From assembly GCA_000092065.1 (NCBI GenBank), contig CP000587.1: a stretch of DNA of 64,000 bases, one strand, 5' to 3'. Source of the DNA: Ostreococcus lucimarinus. Taxonomy: Eukaryota. Below the pieces are notes generated by a model. That model saw nothing but the letters and a program-made list of their open reading frames with translations. It was not told the DNA's origin and made no database searches. Both the position numbers and the translations under genes were made by a program. How positions within the stretch are numbered: position 1 is the first letter of the stretch; each line of letters begins with the position of its first letter. Positions 60,997 through 64,000 of this stretch are shown one piece after another.

Positions 60997-62578
60997 TCAA
61001 TTATTCCCACGTCGGCGCGCCTCACGCTCCTCCCACAACGCGACCAATCTGTCTCGTTTCGCTCGACGCATCATGAGCTCCTTCGGAGTCGGCGGCGCTG
61101 GCGCGTTTTGCGCCACAGTTTCCAGCGGTTTCCTGGGCATCGGCGTTGAGCGCAGCATGGTTTGCATTCGTCGAAGCCACGATTGATACACAGTCATATC
61201 CACGAATCGCTCATGGGCCGTCAGATCGTCCGCTAAATCGAGCGTCGCGACGAGCAAACACAACTGATTGGGTTCTAAGTTCTTTGCCAAGAGTCGCGGT
61301 AAATCGAGCCACGCCTTGTGGCGTCGTCCGCCGAGCATGAGCGCGGTTTGCGCCGACGCCGGTGTACGGGACATGAGCTCACTCAAGTAGCCGCACAAGA
61401 CTGCCGCCTCGTTCGCTCCAGATCCCGTAGAAAGTCTCGTCGCGGCGAGTGTACCAGCATGTGTGGCGTGGACGAATTCCGACAGCGTAACGTCCTCAAC
61501 GTATCCGCACGCGCAAAGCATCGCCTCGAGACGATCGAGCGCGCGAGGGCTAGCGCGCTGAGGCTCGAGCTTTTCCATCACGTTCCTCAGATGCGCAAGC
61601 GTGATTCGACCGATCGAAGAGCCTTGCAAGCGGAACAAAGGCTGGAGCAAGTCGAGACGTTCTCTCGCCACCGTCCAGACGATGCAGCACAAATCATCCA
61701 CGAGCGGACGCGCATGCGTAAACTCAATCGATTCGATCAAGGGTGGTGCCGACGGCAGTGGTGATTCGACATCCACATCATTCGTATCATCCATCTGAAT
61801 GTCCCTCGCGGGCGCGTCGTACTCATAGTCTTCTTCTTCGTACTCGTCCAGTCGCTCGTACGGCGCCGTGTTGCTCTGAAGAAAGTGACGCAAATCTATT
61901 TCGTCTTCGCCCTCTGCGACCGCACCGCCGTGAACCTGCTTTTCTACCGCTCCATAGCTCATCAGGTTCGGCCCACTCGACGATTTTCCGAGCAAAGGTG
62001 TCTGCGCCGCCGAATCATTCAGTTCGCGTTTCGTCGAGGCGTTCGTCTCTTCTCCGATTTGAATCGGCGGCGGAACCTCCAACTCTTTCACTTTCCGCAC
62101 ATTTGTCCCTCGTGAACTTTGCACCGGTCGAATCGGCGACGCCGCGCCGTACGTGGACTCCTTTACCACAGGCAACAGCGGCACTCGCACGTCCCGCCAC
62201 TCCCTCGGCGAATCGCCGTCGTCCTTGGCGCCGTACTCCGCCAAGCTCGCGTTGGTCGCCAAGAGCGGCTCTGCGGCCCCACTCTCCCTCGCCGCCGCGC
62301 TCATACTCTCCCCGGGCACGGCGTCGTCCACCGCATCCAACTCCAAGACGATCTGCGGCGAATTTTCCAGTGCGTCCTCCACCGCGCCGTACGAGTCGCC
62401 GCGCCGCAACAGCGGCTCTCGCAGCGTCGCGTTATCCTCCACCCTCGGCGATTCCGCGCTCGCCCCGTACGCATCGCTGTGAAACGAGCTCGCGTGTTTC
62501 AACAGCGACACCGACGCCGCCGGCGCGTCCCGCACCGCGTCGTCCGCATCGTTCGCCGTCGTCGCGTCTTCGCCTTCG

Positions 62579-62612
<34 letters not shown>

Positions 62613-62895
62613 ACCGCACCCACTCCATCGTCGCCGCGCCCTCCCGACCGTCCATCGACAGCGTCGACGCGTCCAACTCCACCGCCGCCTCGCGCGCGTC
62701 GTCGTCCTCGCTCGACAGCGCCGAGATCGAGCCCGCGTCGTCGCGCGCGCGCGCGGTCGTCGCCAAACGGTCGTCGTCCTCGAACGGGTTCCGCGCCGCG
62801 CCCTCGCGCGCGCGCGCGCCGCCCCTCTCCGGGGTCACGATCCCGACGCCCGGAACGAAGAGCTTCGCCCGCGCGTTCAGCGCCGACGTCGTCAT
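60997..62895 (-). CDS. Hypothetical protein: acidic N-terminal half with five PLL-x(4-12)-(S/A)YGA repeats, and a conserved-looking C-terminal globular domain
   Basis: Repeats: EPLLRRGDSYGAVE, EPLLATNASLAEYGAKDD, VPLLPVVKESTYGAASP, TPLLGKSSSGPNLMSYGAVEKQ and (S)LLKHASSFHSDAYGASAESP. There is a poly-Asp run. The start is the ATG at 62893-62895 (MTTSALN). Confidence 0.55.
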
Positions 62896-63000
62896 CGCGC
62901 GCGCGCCGCGACGCCGCGTCGGTGAATGCCGACGGCGCGGTGCGCGGCTGGATGGATGTCGACGGTGACGCGGCACAGCGCGCCGCGCGCGCCGCGCGCG

Positions 63001-63924
63001 ATGGACCGCTACGTCAAGGGACGCACGCTCGGTGAGGGCACGTTCGGCGTCGTCCACGAGGCGCGCGTCGAGGCGACGGGCGAGCGCGTGGCGATCAAAA
63101 AGATTCGACTCGGGAAACTCAAGGAGGGCGTCAACTTCACGGCGATACGCGAGATCAAACTGCTGCAGGAGATCGAGCACGAGCACGTCATCGCGCTCGT
63201 CGACGTGTTCGCGCACAAGAAGAACCTGAACCTGGTGTTCGAGTTCTGCGGCGGGGACCTGGAGATGGTGATCAGGGACAAGACGGCGCCGCTGGAGCGA
63301 GGGGAGGTGAAGTCGTACGCGATGATGACGCTGCGAGCGGTGGCGCACTGTCACGAGAGATGGGTGCTGCACAGAGATTTGAAACCGAACAACCTGTTGA
63401 TCGCGCCGAACGGGTGCTTGAAGTTGGCGGATTTTGGGTTGGCGCGGATATTCGGGTCGCCGGATAGACGGTTCACGCATCAGGTGTTCGCGAGGTGGTA
63501 TCGCGCGCCGGAGTTGTTGTTGGGGTCGAAGACGTACGGACCGGGCGTGGATATTTGGGCCGTGGGGTGTATCATCGCGGAATTGATGCTCCGGCGGCCG
63601 TTCTTCGCGGGATCGTCGGATATCGATCAGTTGGGGAAGGTGTACGCGGCGCTAGGGACGCCGACGGAGACGAATTGGCCGGGGGTGTCGGCGCTACCGG
63701 ATTTCATCGAGTTTGTGTACGTGCCGCCGCCGAATCTTCGCGATACGTTCCCGAACGAAACGGACGAGGCGCTGGATCTGTTGCGGAAGATGCTCGAGTA
63801 CGATCCGAATAAGCGTATCACCGCCGCGCAGGCTTTAGAGCATCCGTACTTTCACACCAAGCCCGCGCCGATTCCGTACGAACAGCTTCCGAAGCGGTTC
63901 GTCGCGAAAGAAGCCGAGGCGAAC

Positions 63925-63958
<34 letters not shown>

Positions 63959-64000
63959 GGGATGAAGAGCCAGCTTCACCCGCGTCCGCACGTCAGCCGA
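63001..64000 (+). CDS. CDK7: Cyclin-dependent kinase 7 / CDK-activating kinase (CDKD-like), 3'-partial
   Basis: [34 protein letters not shown] and the T-loop [14 protein letters not shown] are present. There is a poly-Ala run near the window end. No stop is reached before position 64000. Confidence 0.85.

Noticed and set aside
1-64000. Prokaryotic-style features (operons, CRISPR arrays, defence islands, IS elements), rRNA and tRNA genes
   Set aside because: The gene content (formin, fibrillarin with GAR domain, HDAC, CDK7, spliceosomal and tRNA-splicing factors, transit-peptide-bearing ATP synthase subunits) and the spliceosomal introns show this is eukaryotic nuclear DNA. I saw no direct-repeat/spacer arrays, no tRNA-like GGTTCGA T-loop signatures in the spacers, and no rDNA-like conserved stretches. 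tRNA and snoRNA scanning by eye is unreliable, so it should be repeated with tRNAscan-SE/Infernal.

Overview
This window is eukaryotic nuclear DNA, not prokaryotic. It is very GC-rich (about 65% by eye) and extremely gene-dense, with about 40 protein-coding genes on both strands (roughly one per 1.6 kb). Intergenic spacers are short and AT-richer, and there are many head-to-head and tail-to-tail gene pairs. The products are mostly conserved eukaryotic housekeeping proteins and nuclear-encoded chloroplast proteins. Recognisable ones include the ATP synthase gamma and delta subunits (chloroplast type), fibrillarin, a formin, a class II histone deacetylase, malic enzyme, anthranilate synthase alpha, threonyl-tRNA synthetase, an ABCF ATPase, DNA polymerase kappa, CDK7, TIP41, WDR82, SPF27, Sen34, Tam41, thymidylate kinase, RidA, a MATE transporter, a TBC Rab-GAP and fucokinase/GDP-fucose pyrophosphorylase. 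Most genes are intronless. I infer five short spliceosomal introns, all with the same rigid signals: donor G|GTGCG(T/C), an ACTGAC-like branch about 27-30 nt upstream of a YAG acceptor. Three of them sit at the extreme 5' end of the gene. The composition, compaction and gene content are consistent with a picoplanktonic green alga of the Mamiellales (Micromonas-like); that is an inference only. Many of the long ORFs in the six-frame track are stop-codon-poor antisense or out-of-frame artefacts of the high GC. I found no CRISPR array, rRNA, tRNA, mobile element or prokaryotic defence locus. The most unusual items are these. (1) A small spliced gene encoding a zinc-ribbon followed by a divergent PARP-like mono-ADP-ribosyltransferase domain. 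(2) A secreted cysteine-rich protein with a duplicated CCGGVCC module. (3) A signal-anchored glycosyltransferase that fuses a GT4 domain, TPR repeats and a GT41 (OGT-like) domain. (4) A protein with five PLL...SYGA repeats. (5) A histidine-cluster protein. (6) The uniform intron grammar.
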